Positions 12,399 to 24,606 of a stretch of 64,000 nucleotides of DNA are shown one piece after another; within the stretch, counting starts at the first letter, position 1, and every line of letters begins with the position of its first letter. Origin of the DNA: Malacoraja senta. Its lineage: Eukaryota. The stretch covers positions 4,898,001-4,962,000 of the forward strand of contig CM075989.1 in assembly GCA_038087875.1 (NCBI GenBank), written 5' to 3'. The notes under the pieces were generated by a model, which was given only the letters and a program-made list of their open reading frames with translations, had not been told where the DNA came from and searched no databases. A program made the translations under genes and the position numbers.

Positions 12399-13297
12399 CA
12401 ATTGACGTAGAAGAAGATACAGTTGGAAACACAGACTGTGTAGGAAGGAAGTGCAGATGCTGGTTTAAAATGAAGATAGACACAAAATGCTGGAGAAACT
12501 CAGCGGGTCAGGCAGCAACTCTGGAGAGAAGGAATGGGTGGGCTCTGCAGGCTATAGCAGGAAGGGATCTTCTGCCCATTAGTGTTCGTGAATAAGAACA
12601 TGTTATTTGATGAACATAACTGTGCAGCGTGGATACAGGCCCCACGGCCCACGGAGTCCGCGTTCTCCATCCATCGCCCACTCACGCTAGTTTGACGTTA
12701 TTCCACGTTCTCATCCGCCCCCTGCACGCCAGGGGCAATTTGCAGAGGCCAATTAACCTACAAACCTGCACGACTTTGGGAAGTGGAAGAAAACTGGAGC
12801 ACCCACGTGGTCACAGAGAGAACGTGCAAACTCCACATAGACAGCACCCAAGGTCAGGATCGAACCTGGATCTCTTCATGATCCGGATAATACCCAGATA
12901 AGCCAATATCCATTGACTTGGCCTCCACAGCCGTTGGTGGCAATGAATTTCCTAGATTCACCACCCTCTGACTTGATGAATAGATGCCAAGTGTTGTGGC
13001 TTGAAGTGAATATGGTGCTTTGATTTTTTTAAAAGAGTAGAGTTGGTGAAAAACATGTTATAGGAGTCTGACAAGAGTTTAATAGTAGAGCGATTAGACA
13101 TGTGTGTTGAATGACACCAAACTGAGGATATCAATGCTTTGACTTTTCTGCCGCCTGATGTATCTGTACAGAAAAATCAGGCCACAAATCACAAAGGTTT
13201 AAAAATTACTGTTTTTAAAACGTAATTTATTTGTTGAACTGATGATCTGATAATCTGAGCAATTCAGAATTCAGGAAGCGACATTGGCAGAACTGAT

Positions 13298-13741
13298 GTT
13301 TAAGAAGGAAATGCAGATGCTGGAAAATCGAAGGTACACAAAAATGCTGGAGAAACTCAGCGGGTGAGGCAGCATCTATGGAGCGAAGGAAATAGGCAAC
13401 GTTTCGGGTCGAGACTCTTCTTCAGACTGATGTGCGGGGGGGGGGGGGCGGGAAGAAGAAAGGAAGAGGTGGAGATAGTGGGCTGTGGGAGAGCTGGGAA
13501 GGGGAGGGGAAAGAGGGAGAAAGCAGGGACAACCTGAATTTGGAGAAGTCAATGTTCATACCGCTGGGGTGTAAACTGCCCAAGCGAAATATGAGGTGCT
13601 GCTCCTCCAATTTACGGTGGGACTCACTCTGGCCATGGAGGAGGCCCAGGACAGAAAAGTCGTATTTGGAATGGGAATTCCGCCTCTTCTCCATAGATGC
13701 TGTCTCACCCACTGAGTTTCTCCAGCACTTTTGTCTACCTT
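13298..13741 (-). mobile_element. PLE 3' end (GIY-YIG C-terminus plus pLTR) with inverted pLTR arm (duplicate at ~31746-32263)
   Basis: Minus frame FSVLGLLHGQSESHRKLEEQHLIFRLGSLHPSGMNIDF matches the PLE endonuclease C-terminal pattern R..E...I..L....P.G.N. Confidence 0.8.
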
Positions 13742-13983
13742 GGCAAACTGATGGTTTGGTTGCAAAAACACTCTACATTTCCTTCAATGTATCCCAAGAA
13801 AATAAAGTTGTGTGTAGTGTTCAGGATGATTAGATCCATGGACTGGAGGGCGGACATAATGCTATCATTCTTGCCTTTCCCTGGTGCCTGCGTTGGAGAG
13901 GGCTTTACAATGCAGCCTCCAGTCTGAACAACTCGAGCAAGCACCAGTTTCCACGCGGGCATCCGGTGCTACTCAGGAGCACA

Positions 13984-14010
13984 GGGGGAGGGGGCGGGGG
14001 GGGGGGGGGG
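13984..14010 (+). promoter_or_regulatory. GC-box/G-run upstream of a candidate first exon (duplicate at ~32506-32531)
   Basis: GGGGGAGGGGGCGGGG Sp/KLF-like site in unique DNA. Confidence 0.3.
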
Positions 14011-14134
14011 TTTGGTCTCTCAATGGAGGCAGTGTGAGGAACAAGCCTTTCTCTCAGCCATCGTTCCTGCTGCCAGCTGCTTCTCATTAGCAGTGATCAG
14101 CTGGCTTCTCCTCAGTTGTATATCCCACTGAGGA

Positions 14135-14234
14135 ATGCGCTTGAACCAACTCAGAAGTCTCTCAGCGGGAAGAACAGTGGAAGAAAAACAGGAGGCATTT
14201 GAAGCGTTTCAGGGAAGCTGTAAATGCCTATGCT
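14135..14234 (+). CDS. Candidate first coding exon MRLNQLRSLSAGRTVEEKQEAFEAFQGSCKCLC, phase 1 (duplicate 32656-32755)
   Basis: ATG at 14135, donor GCT|GTAAGT at 14234/14235, unique DNA; reading frame not certain. Confidence 0.3.
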
Positions 14235-14805
14235 GTAAGTCCCGCCTGTACCGCAGAGTCCCAGGTCACATACTGTACAAACACATCTCCATGCAAAATT
14301 ATGTCAAATCCAAGTTTTAGATACTAACAAGCCTCTTATGGATGTTAAAGATTGAGGCAATATGCCCACTAGTCCTTTCCATCTACGCAAGCCTTCAAAA
14401 TACAAGCAGGACAATGAAGAAACTGAGTGGGAAGAAGGGTCCCAACCTAATCCGTCACCTATTCCTTTTCTCCAGAGATGCAGCCTGACCCGCTGAATTA
14501 CTCCAGCACTTTGTGTCTCTTTTCAGGATAAACCACTGCTGAGTGTTCCTTACCACCGTCAACTCCCGATGTGGAATTTCCACCCTAACCACTCTACCTC
14601 CCTCCGCCCCTGTATGTCACTCCTGAAAAACCTGCCTCTTCAATTCCATTTCTGAGGATAAGCTTCAATATGTGACTTATGTCGCTCGGTTAATTTGTCA
14701 ATGATAGTTTGACTGTCTTGGGACATTTTACTGATTCAATTGTGCTACAAAAATGCAATGTAGTATTATTGTTACATATTTGAATTAAATTGAATTGAAT
14801 TGAAC

Positions 14806-15102
14806 AGCACGGAAACAGGCCCTTCGGCCCACCGAGTCCGCACCAACCATTAATCAGCTGTTCACACTAGTGTTATTCCACGTTCGTATCCACTTCCTGC
14901 ACACCAGTGGCAATTTACAGAGGGCCAATTAACCTACAAACCTGCATGTCTTTGGGATGTGGGAGGAAACCGGAGCACCCGGAGGAAACTCACGCAGCCA
15001 CAGGGAGAACGTGCAAACTCTGCACAGACAGCATCCAAGGTGAGGATTGAACCCAGGTCTTTGGGGCTGTGAGGTAACAGTTCTACCAGATGCACCCATG
15101 GT
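14806..15102 (-). mobile_element. tRNA-derived SINE (duplicate at ~33326-33622)
   Basis: V-core and CR1-like tail. Confidence 0.8.
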
Positions 15103-15194
15103 GCAATTTACAGTACAGATGTAACGATTGCAAGATTACAACTAAACATGTGTACAATGCCTTTAATGCCAAGGCAGTAAGTTGTTATGAGCAG

Positions 15195-15797
15195 ATAGAT
15201 TCAAGATTCAAGAGAGTTTATTGTCATGTATCCCTGATAGGACAATGGAATTCTTGCTTTGCTTCAGCACAACAGAACATAGTAGGCATGAATACATAAC
15301 AGATCAGTGTGTCCATATACCATTATATAAATATATACACACATGAATAAATAAACTGACAAAGTGCAAATAACAGATAATGGGCTATTAATGTTCATAG
15401 TTTTGTCCGAGCCAGGTTTAACAACCTGATGGCTGTGGGGAAGTAGCTATTCCTGAACCTGGTCGTTGCAGTCTTCAGGCTCTTGTACCTTCTACCTGAA
15501 GGTAGCAGGGAGATGAGTGTGTGGCCAGGATGGTGTGGGTCCTTGATGATGCTGGCAGCCTTTTTGAGGCAGCGACTGCGATAGATCCCCTCGATGGAAG
15601 GGAGGTCAGAGCCGATGATGGACAAAAATGCTGGAGATACTCAGCGGGTGAGGCAGCATCTATGGAAGTCTAAAGAAGGGTCTTGACCGGAAACGTCACC
15701 TATTCCTTTGCTCCATAGATGCTGCCTCACCCGCTGAGTTTCTCCAGCATTTTTGTCTACCTCCGATTTTTCCAGCATCTGCAGTTCTCTCTTAAAC
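15195..15797 (-). mobile_element. Rex1-type LINE 3' end fused to a PLE fold-back, both inside one TSD (duplicate at ~33718-34322)
   Basis: ORF 15395-15625 LPSGRRYKSLKTATTRFRNSYFPTAIRLLN; flanks GTTGTTATGAGCAG (15181-15194) and GTTGCTATGAGCAG (15798-15811). Confidence 0.75.
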
Positions 15798-16654
15798 GTT
15801 GCTATGAGCAGGTTCTGACTAAATTTGCTTGGGTTAAAAGAAGTGTGAATAGAGCCTTTAGCAGGGATGTTGATGGGGTCAAGAAAAGGTCAAGGGTCAC
15901 GTCGCGGCCCTGTTTCCACCAATCTTTCCACCACCACGCACAAGAAGCAACAGGACAGACAACATTGTTCCCCAGAGATTGTTCACCAGACACTTCTAAT
16001 CGTGTGTGTGGACTCGATAAGAAGAAGGGATGTTGATGTTTATTCAGTGTTCGACCACATTAAACCCACGTAATGGCAAGGACAATTAAGATTTGAATGA
16101 GATCGACTCAAAGTGCTGGAGTAACTCAGGCAGCATCTCTGGAGAACATGGATAGGTGACATTTCGGGTCGGGATCCTTCTTCAGACTAATTGAATAATT
16201 TAGTTGCAACTGAATTTTTTTAAGTTTCTGCTATTATGGATACTTCATAGAAACACTGAGGTTTTTATTCTTATAGTCTTATTTGTGCGGGGGAGGATTG
16301 CCAGTTTTAGTGAGCTTGCTTCAGAATTACAGAGAGATAATCTCCTAATCCTTTCTCTGTTTTACGTAACCTTGTAGAGTGCACTCTATCCACGCCTACA
16401 TTATTCACCATTTTACGCATTTACTCTGTGGCTGAAATTCCGTACTGCTGAAAGTAAAACACACGGGGGGGCCAAAAATGTTTGCTTGTCTTATTTAGAT
16501 CTCCCGTCTGTGATAATTAGTGTCGCTGATTTGATTCAGCCATGGACCCGCGGACTATATCAAGGCCTCACAATAATGCGTTTGCCTTAACCAGAGGGCA
16601 ACCTGCCTGCCTTCATGGAACCTTATGCACAGTGCAGCGCCATTGCCCTAACAG

Positions 16655-16971
16655 TTTAGTTTAGTTTAGAGATACAGCGCGGAAACAGGCCCTTCGGCCC
16701 AACGAGGCCGTGCCAACCAGCAATCCCCGCACATTAACACTATCCTACACACACTAGGGACAATTTACACTTAAACCAAGCCAATTAACCTGCAAACCTG
16801 TACGTCTTTGGAGTGTGGGAGGAAACCGAAGATCTCGGAGAAAACCCGCGCGGTCATGGGGAGAACGTACAAACTCCATACAGACAGCACCCGCAGTCGG
16901 GATCGAACCCGGGTTTCCGGTGCTGCAAGCACTGTAAGGCGGCAACTCTACCGCTGCACCACCATGCCGCC
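16655..16971 (-). mobile_element. tRNA-derived SINE (duplicate at ~35177-35494)
   Basis: Near full-length head, core and (TAAAC)n tail. Confidence 0.85.
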
Positions 16972-17847
16972 CTGCTCCAATTAGTTCATAGAACATAGAT
17001 CAGGGAACGGTATAGCACAGGCCCTTCAGCCCACTATGTCTGTGTGGAACATGAGGCCGTTAAACTAATTTCCTTGTTTTCTCCCCAGAGCCCTTTAAAT
17101 TTACTGTTTCTTTTGAAAACTTATTTTTAAATCAGTTTTTGCAACATTTCAGGAGATGCAAACCAGATTATAACAATTCTCTATTCAAAATAAGTTCTAA
17201 CTATTTCCCATTTGGTTATTTTGCCAATTATGAAAGCCCATTTGATTACCTCTGAGTGAAAACTTTGCTTCATATCTAAGTGCTTATGTATAGTGATACT
17301 TGTACTGAAGTATATACAGAAATGAATCTCACTGTACCTCATTACATGACAAATAAAGTTCAATTGAACCATTGAACTACTGAATTCATTCTTGTTTTAT
17401 AACAGCCATTCTCCATTCCGTGAATGTTAAAGATCTTGGCACACTATTTGACAGTGGGTCCACAGGAAAACTCAAAGCTGCCCACACAATTGCCAGGATT
17501 TTGCATCCAGTCTAACTATCAAATACAGGGCTTTCCAACATAGTGAAAGGCAGACACAAAATGCTGGAGTATAACTCAGCGGGACAGGCAGCATCTCTGG
17601 AGAGAAGGAATGGGTGACGTTTCAGGTCGAGACCCATCTTCAGACTGATCCACTCTTTCTATTGACTATCCCATCCTTTAAGAAACAGTTAGACAGGTAC
17701 GTGGATAGTATGAAGAAGGGTCTTGACCCGAAACGTCACCCATTGCTTCGCTCCATAGATGCTGCCTGGCTCGCTGAGTTTCTCCAGCATTTCTCTCGAC
17801 CTGTGGGAGAGATTGTTGTCCTGACACCATGTTACTAGGGTTTCTAA

Positions 17848-18063
17848 AGGGCCTGTCCCACTTTCACGACCTAATTTACGACCTCTGCCGAGTTTGCCCT
17901 TGACTCATACTCGCAGCATGGTCGTCACGAGGTCCTAGCAGGGCGTGATGCTGGTCGTTGGTACTCGTGGCATTAAGTAGGTCGCGGCGTTTTTCTAGCC
18001 TGATGAAAAATGTCCTTGAGTAAAAAAGGTCATGAAGTAGGTTGTGAAAGTGGGACAGGCCCT
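17848..18063. mobile_element. PIF/Harbinger-type MITE (duplicate 36371-36586)
   Basis: TIR AGGGCCTGTCCCACTTTCAC...GTGAAAGTGGGACAGGCCCT, TAA TSD on both sides. Confidence 0.85.
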
Positions 18064-18069
18064 TAACTC

Positions 18070-18345
18070 CTTCCTGTACTTTGTCTTGCCATTGTCTGTG
18101 ATCCCACCCACCGCAGTGGTGTCATCTGCAAACTTGCAAACGGAGTTAAAGCACAATTTGTCCACAGAGTTGTGGGTGTATAGGGAGGGTGGTAAGGGGC
18201 TTGCAGGGCATGGACGTTGAGAATTATCATGGAGGATCCTGACTTTTACTGAGGACTTCACGGAGGAATTATCATGCCCAACCTCACTGATTGTGGTCCA
18301 TGGGTCAGGAATCCCAGGACCAAGTTTCTAGAGAGAGGTGCTGAC
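18070..18345 (-). mobile_element. Degenerate LINE RT fragment (Rex1/L2-like)
   Basis: SLYTHN...CKFADDTTAVGGITDNG motif. Confidence 0.6.
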
Positions 18346-19135
18346 TGCTCTGGAGAAGGGTCTCGACCTGAAACGTCACCCATTCCTTCTCTCCAGAGAT
18401 GCTGCCTGTCGCGTTGAGTTACTCCAGCACTTTGTGTCTATCTCCGAGTCCAGGAGTTTGGAGATGAGTGTAGTTGTGGTGTTTTCAAATTCATACTCAT
18501 ACGTTCAGAAGTGATAGGAGCAGAATTAGGTCATTTGGCCCATCAAGTCTACTCCATCATTCAATCATGGCTGATCTAGCTCTCCCTCCTAACCCCATTC
18601 TCTTGCCTTTTTCCTATAACCCCGGACACCCCTATTAATCAGGAATCTGTCAATCTCTGCCTTAAAAATATCCATTGACTTGGTCTCCACAGCCTTCTGT
18701 GGCAATTAATTCCACAGAATCACCACCCTCCGACTAAAGAAATTGCTCCTCATCTCCTTCCTAAAGGAACATCCTTTATTTCTGAGGCTACGACCTCTAG
18801 TCCCAGACCCTCCCACTATTGGAAACATCCGCTCCACATCCACTCTATCCAGGCCTGTATTAAGGTGACAGGTGAATCAGGAGGGATCAATGGATATGTG
18901 ACAGAGAATAGGTTATTGGGAAATGTGGAGGAACGGGATTGATGGGCTGTCTCTCAGAGCCAGCATAGACCTGATGGGCAGAGTGGCCACCTTGTACGTT
19001 TGGAGTGGCTTCCTTCTTGTATGATGTAAGAAAATGTGAGAAATAAAATATAAAATTAATGTGAACATATGCGAAGCCTCGTTCCTGGTTTACATCCAGG
19101 TACTAAGACCAATGTTCAAACATGATTTATATTAT

Positions 19136-19206
19136 GAATGAATGAATGAATGAATACTTTATTGTCATTATAACATGTAAACATGTACAACGAAATTAGA
19201 AATGCC
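19136..19206 (-). mobile_element. Copy-A-specific LINE 3' tail insertion
   Basis: (GAAT)n plus TTTATTGTCA; absent at the matching site in copy B (~37658-37668). Confidence 0.65.
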
Positions 19207-19509
19207 AAATAAAAAATAAATTATACTTAGACAGAAGTCACCATTCTTTTAAGATAAGTTGGTCCAAAAATAATTGTGACTTCTAAGTATGATTTAAAAA
19301 AAATTCATTTCAATAAAATATACTTACGATAAACATGATTTGAACTTTGGTCACAATATCTTATGTGGACGGGGTGAAGCAGGGATCAGATTGTGCTGCC
19401 ATGCGCACAGTCTTATCATTTTCCTTCTTTTTAGCCACAAAAAGGAAACACTCGGAATCGCAAAGTAAATTAATAGCTTGTTTTCATTAATAGACTGTAA
19501 TATCTGAAA

Positions 19510-19825
19510 TAGACACAAAATGCTGGAGTAACTCAGCGGGGACAGGCAGCATCCACGGAGAGAAGCAATGGGTGACGTTACGGGTCAAGACTGATGTCAG
19601 GGGAGTGGGCGGTACAGAGATAAAATGTAGTCGGAGACAGTAAGACTGGTCGGAGATCTGGGAAGGGGGAGGGGATGGAGAGAGAGGGAAAGCAAGAGCT
19701 ACTTGAAGTTAGAGAAGTCAATGTTCATACTGCTGGGTTGTAAGCTGCCAAAGTGAAATATGAGGTGCTGTTCCTCCAATTTGGGCCTCACTCTGACAAT
19801 GGAGGAGGCCCAGGACACAAAAGTC
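19510..19825 (-). mobile_element. PLE 3' end fragment (duplicate at ~38296-38610)
   Basis: GIY-YIG C-terminal remnant plus pLTR. Confidence 0.7.
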
Positions 19826-20554
19826 CCCCTTTGTGACTCTTCCTGCTCATCTCCGTCTGTAATATCGGAATCTGGTCTCCCTTCAAGTCAACGCCAAGAA
19901 CTGTACACCGAAGATAGACACAAAACGCTGGAGTAACTCAGAGGGCCAGGCAGCATCTCTGGAGAGAAGGGTGACTGAAGTCTGGAGAAGGGTCTCGGCC
20001 CGAAACGTCACCCATTCCTTCTATTCAGAGATGCTACCTGTCCCGCTGAGTTACTCCAACGTTTTGTGTAAACTAGCATCTGCAGTTCCTTCCTGCACTA
20101 GTGCCACGATTTTAACGGCAGCAACTGTCCTGCAGCTGCACAGAAAGACTTATCAAACAAAAGCTGACACTGAACCACATTCAAAGTTTATGCATTGTCT
20201 CAAGACGGGAGAGTGGTAAGACGCCCTACAGGAGCCGCCACCTCACCACTGCCAGCATCATCAGGGACCCACACCAACCTGGCCACGCACTCATTGCACT
20301 CCTGCCATCGGGAGGAAGAAGGTACAGGAGTCTGAAAACTGTGACGTCCAGGTTCAGGAGCAGCTTCTTCCCTGCAGCCATCGACTATTGAACATTACAA
20401 ACTCCAACTAAACTCCGAACTATCAACTGCACTCGGGACTTTGGGCTTGTTGTGTCGTTTGCACTATTTTGGGTTTCTTTCAATTTCGTGAACTCCTTTA
20501 TTTGTTTGATTATTGTATTATCTGTTGAGAGCTGTGTTTACCAACCGGAGTGCC

Positions 20555-20847
20555 CGGCACAGTGGCACAGCGGTAGAGTTGCTGCCTCACAGCGCCAGGA
20601 ACCCAGGTTCTATCCTGACTACGGATGCTATCCTATGTAGTTTGCACATTCTCCCTGTGACCATCTGGGTTTTCCCCGGGTGCTCCGGTTTCCTCCCACA
20701 TTCCCAAATCATGCAGGTTTGTAGGTTCATTGGTCGGAAGAAATTGCAAATTGTCCCTAGTGCGTAGTGTGTGCTAGTGTAACGGCGGTCACTGGCGGGC
20801 GCGGACTCAGTTGGCCGAAGGGCCCGTTTCCCCACTGTATCTCTAAA
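20555..20847 (+). mobile_element. tRNA-derived SINE (duplicate at ~39340-39632)
   Basis: GGCACAGTGGCACAGCGG head, core and tail. Confidence 0.8.
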
Positions 20848-20965
20848 CGTTAAACTCTAATCTTTAAACAAAACTGTTATTGCTGCTGCAAGTGAGAATT
20901 GTATTCCTCCATTTCATCTGGCCATCCATGGTGGGGTGATTAAACTTAGGGAAAATACAGAGTGA

Positions 20966-21381
20966 TAGAAACATAGAAACAGAAAATAGGTTCAGGAGGC
21001 CATTCGGCCCTTCGAGCCAGCACCGCCATTCATTGTGATCATGGCTGATCGTCCCCAATCAATAACCCGTGCCTGCCTTCTCCCCAGATCCCTTGGTTGC
21101 ACTAGGCCCTAGAGCTCTATCTAACGCTCTCTTAAATCCATCCAGTGATTTGGCCTCCACTGCCCTCTGTGGCAAGGAATTCCACAAATTCACAACTCTC
21201 TGGGTGAAAATGTTTTTTCTCATCTCAGTCTTAAATGGCCTCCCCTTTATTCTAAGACTGTGGCCCCTGGTTCTGGACTCGCCCAACATTGGGAACAATT
21301 TTCCTGCATCTAGCTTGTCCAGTCCTTTTATAATTTTATATGTTTCTATAAGATCCCCCTCATCCTTCTAAACTCCAGTGA
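20966..21381 (-). mobile_element. CR1 LINE 3' end (duplicate at ~39751-40166)
   Basis: SRTRGHSLRI...FTQRVVNLWNSLP...FKRALD; (TTTCTATG)n tail. Confidence 0.9.
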
Positions 21382-21435
21382 AGCAATAGAATAGAAGCAG
21401 GAGTATATGAGAGACCATAGTTCAATAAAAGATAT

Positions 21436-21822
21436 CTCATATTTCGCTTGGGCAGCTTACAACCCAGCGGTATGATTATTGGTTTATCTAACTTCAATCC
21501 TTGCATTCCCTCTCTGTCCATCGCTCTCCCACCCAAGTCGTACCAGTTTCAAAGTTGTCTTGTTGAGTCTCATTGTTTGTAACTCGTTTTCACCTAGCCC
21601 ACAGCTAACAATGGCCTGTTTCCTTTATCATCGTTACTTTTTTTGCATATCTTTCATTCATTTGTTCTATATCTCTCTACATCATCGTCTATATCTCTCG
21701 TTGTCCCTTTCCCCTGACTCTCAGTCTGACGAAGGGTCTCGACCCGAAACATTGCCTATTACTTTTTTCCAGAGATGCTGTCTGTCCCACTGAGTTACTC
21801 CAGCATTTTGTGTCTATCTTCT
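21436..21822 (+). mobile_element. PLE 3' end, second subfamily (also ~40221-40607 and ~60945-61430)
   Basis: LIFRLGSLQPSGM remnant, long 3'UTR, core CTGACGAAGGGTCTCGACCCGAAAC at 21726. Confidence 0.75.
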
Positions 21823-21894
21823 TTAAATAAAATATATTAATTGGAGAGGTATTATTTTACCTGTCCAGATGACACTGCATGGTAAACATTCACA

Positions 21895-23221
21895 TGCATA
21901 ATCGATAACAACCGCAGGGGATGCAACATCTGTCCCTATAACTCCCCTCCCTCAACTCCGTCCAAGGACCCCGACAGTCTTTTCAGGTGAGGCAGATGTT
22001 CACTTGCACCTCCTCCAACCTCATCGACTGTATCCGCTGTTCCAGGTGTGGACTCCTGTATATCAGCAAGACCAAGCTCAGTCTGCCTAAACCTACCGGA
22101 TCTCCCAGTTGCTAAACACTTTAACTCCCCCTCCCATTCCCACACTGATCTTTCCATCCTGGGCCTCCTCCATTGTTAGAGTGAGGCCCAGCGCAAAGTG
22201 GAGGATTAGCACCTCATATTTCGCGGTACACCCCAGCGGTATGAACATTGACTGCAGTTGTACAGAGCCCTAGTCCTTCTGCAGTTGTACAGAGCCCTAG
22301 TGAGACCACACCTGGAGTATTGTGTGCAGTTTTGGTCCCCTAATTTGAGGAAGGACATTCTTGCTATTGAGGGAGTGCAGCGTAGGTTTACAAGGTTAAT
22401 TCCCGGGATGGCGGGACTGTCATATGCTGAGAGAATGGAGCAGCTGGGCTTGTACACTCTGGAGTTTAGAAGGATGAGAGGGGATCTCATTGAAACATAT
22501 AAGATTGCTAAGGGTTTGGACACGCTAGAGGCAGGAAACATGTTCCCGATGTTGGGGGAGTCCAGAACCAGGGGCCACAGTTTAAGAATAAGGAGTAAGC
22601 CATTTAGAACGGAGATGAGGAAACACTTTTTCTCACAGAGAGTGGTGAGTCTGTGGAATTCTCTGCCTCAGAGGGTGGTGGAGGCAGGTTCTCTGGATGC
22701 TTTCAAGAGAGAGCTAGATAGGGCTCTTAAAAATAGCGGAGTCAGGGGATATGGGGAGAAGGCAGGAACGGGGTACTGATTGGAGATGATCAGCCATGAT
22801 CACATTGAATGGCGATGCTGGCTCGAAGGGCCAAATGGCCTACTCCTGCACCTATTGTCTATTGTCTATTGTCTATTGACTTCTCTAACTTCAAGTAACC
22901 CTTGCTTTCCCTCTATCTCCATCCCTCCCCCTTCCCAGTTCTCCGACCAGTCTTACTGTCTCCGACTACATTTTATCTCGGTCTGCTTTGTTGTTACCTT
23001 CTCCCAGCTGACAATGATCTATTCCACATTTTCCTAGATCTCTATACCCTTTGTCCTGTTTTCACACCTTACACTTCCTTATCTATACTCTTCCTTATAT
23101 CTGTACCTCCCACTCCCCTGACATCAGTCTGAAGAAGGGTCTCGACCTGAGACATCACCCATTCCTTCTCTCCAGAGATGCTGCCTGTCCCGCTGAGTTA
23201 CTCCAGCTTTTTGTGCCTATC
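21895..23221 (+). mobile_element. PLE GIY-YIG region plus pLTR, split by a CR1 insertion
   Basis: Degenerate frame QGPRQSFQVRQMFTCTSSNLIDCIRCSRCGLLYI...VAKHFNSPSHSHTDLSILGL; resumes at 22875 with the pLTR core at 23129. Confidence 0.8.
22254..22874 (+). mobile_element. Young 5'-truncated CR1 LINE (duplicate at ~41039-41659)
   Basis: Uninterrupted ORF2 C-terminus to 22779; (CTATTGT)n tail; ATTGACT at both junctions. Confidence 0.9.
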
Positions 23222-24606
23222 ATTGATAAGAACAGGGTCTGTTTCGTGAGCCAAGCTGTCATGGGTGAAAGCATTGGCTGTGTTATTGTCTGTTTGTGAT
23301 GCCAAGTATTGTGTTGCCAGGCAATGGAATTGTCTCTTCCTTTGGTTGCGATGTCCTAATTAAGACCACTATCGCTGGGTCACATCTCAGTAGGTTGTGG
23401 AATGGTTGGGAGTTGAGAGAAGGGAGGGAGGGAGCAAATTACTTTGGATAAACCAACAAAGAGCCATTCAGCGACCCAGGCAATGTGTTTAGCTGCGATC
23501 GTCGTTAATTTGCAAAGTAAATGAGAGGAACTGCCGTCGATTGCCAGTTTGGAAGAGGATACTCGGAAAAGGATAGAAGGGAAAAAACTAACACGGCTTA
23601 TTTTTATACAACTTTTGCAAACTTGTGATCAAATATTTAAGGTTAGAACAACGTAACGTTTGGCAGTGAACTGTGATTGTCTAGGTATAGCTGCTGTTTG
23701 TACTGTTGATGATGCCCATAGCCGTGCATGCCCACCTGATGGGTGCCCGTCCAAAGCTGGAAGTGAGTGGATGCTGCCAGCCAGTTGGAAGCAAAACTGC
23801 CAGAGGGCAGGAGATCGCTGGTTTCCAACAATGTCTGAGACGAACATAATGTCAAGACCATCACCCATCGACCTGAACATAACCCGTATCTCCCCAAACG
23901 ATGTATCTATTCAAAAGTATTTTAAATGCCTCTAACGTATCTGCTTCAACCACCACCCCCGGCAGCACGTTCCAGGCACCCACCACCCTCTGTGGAAAAA
24001 ATGTCCCGCAAATCTCTTTAAACGTTGCCCTTCTCACCTTTAAGTTATCCCCTCAAGCGTTTGACTTTCCCATTCTGGGGAAAAGGTTCTGACTGTCTAC
24101 CCTATCTGTGCCTCTCATAATTTGATATACCTATCAGGTCTCCTCGCAACCTCCAGCATTCGAGAGAAAACAATCCAAGTGTTCAACCTCTCCCTGCATG
24201 TAGCTAATAGGCCCTGTTCGGGCCATCTTTCCGGTGAACCTCCTCTGCACCATTCCCAAGCCTCCACATCCGGCCTGTAACTGGGCAACCGGAACTGCAC
24301 GCAATTGTGGTTGGGCCAATGCTGTAGCCAGTAGAGATACTGCCTCACAGCTTCAGGTTCGATTGCTTGGTGTCTCGCATGGGATTTATCCAGCAACTCA
24401 AGTTTGGCTCTCCCAAACACGTGCAGATTGATTCACTGGCTGGCCACTGTAGTCTGTCCCTAGTGTGTAGGTGAGTGGTGGAATCTGGGGGAGGTTGATG
24501 GGAATTTGGGACGGAGAAAAGTTCAGCACAGGTACAGACCACAACGTCTGTGCTGAACATCATGCCAAAATTATCCAATCTCATCTGCTTACATACAGTA
24601 TAAATG

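Noticed and set aside
13298..23221. Autonomous Penelope element
   Set aside because: Only degenerate GIY-YIG and 3' fragments; no PLE RT domain seen in the window
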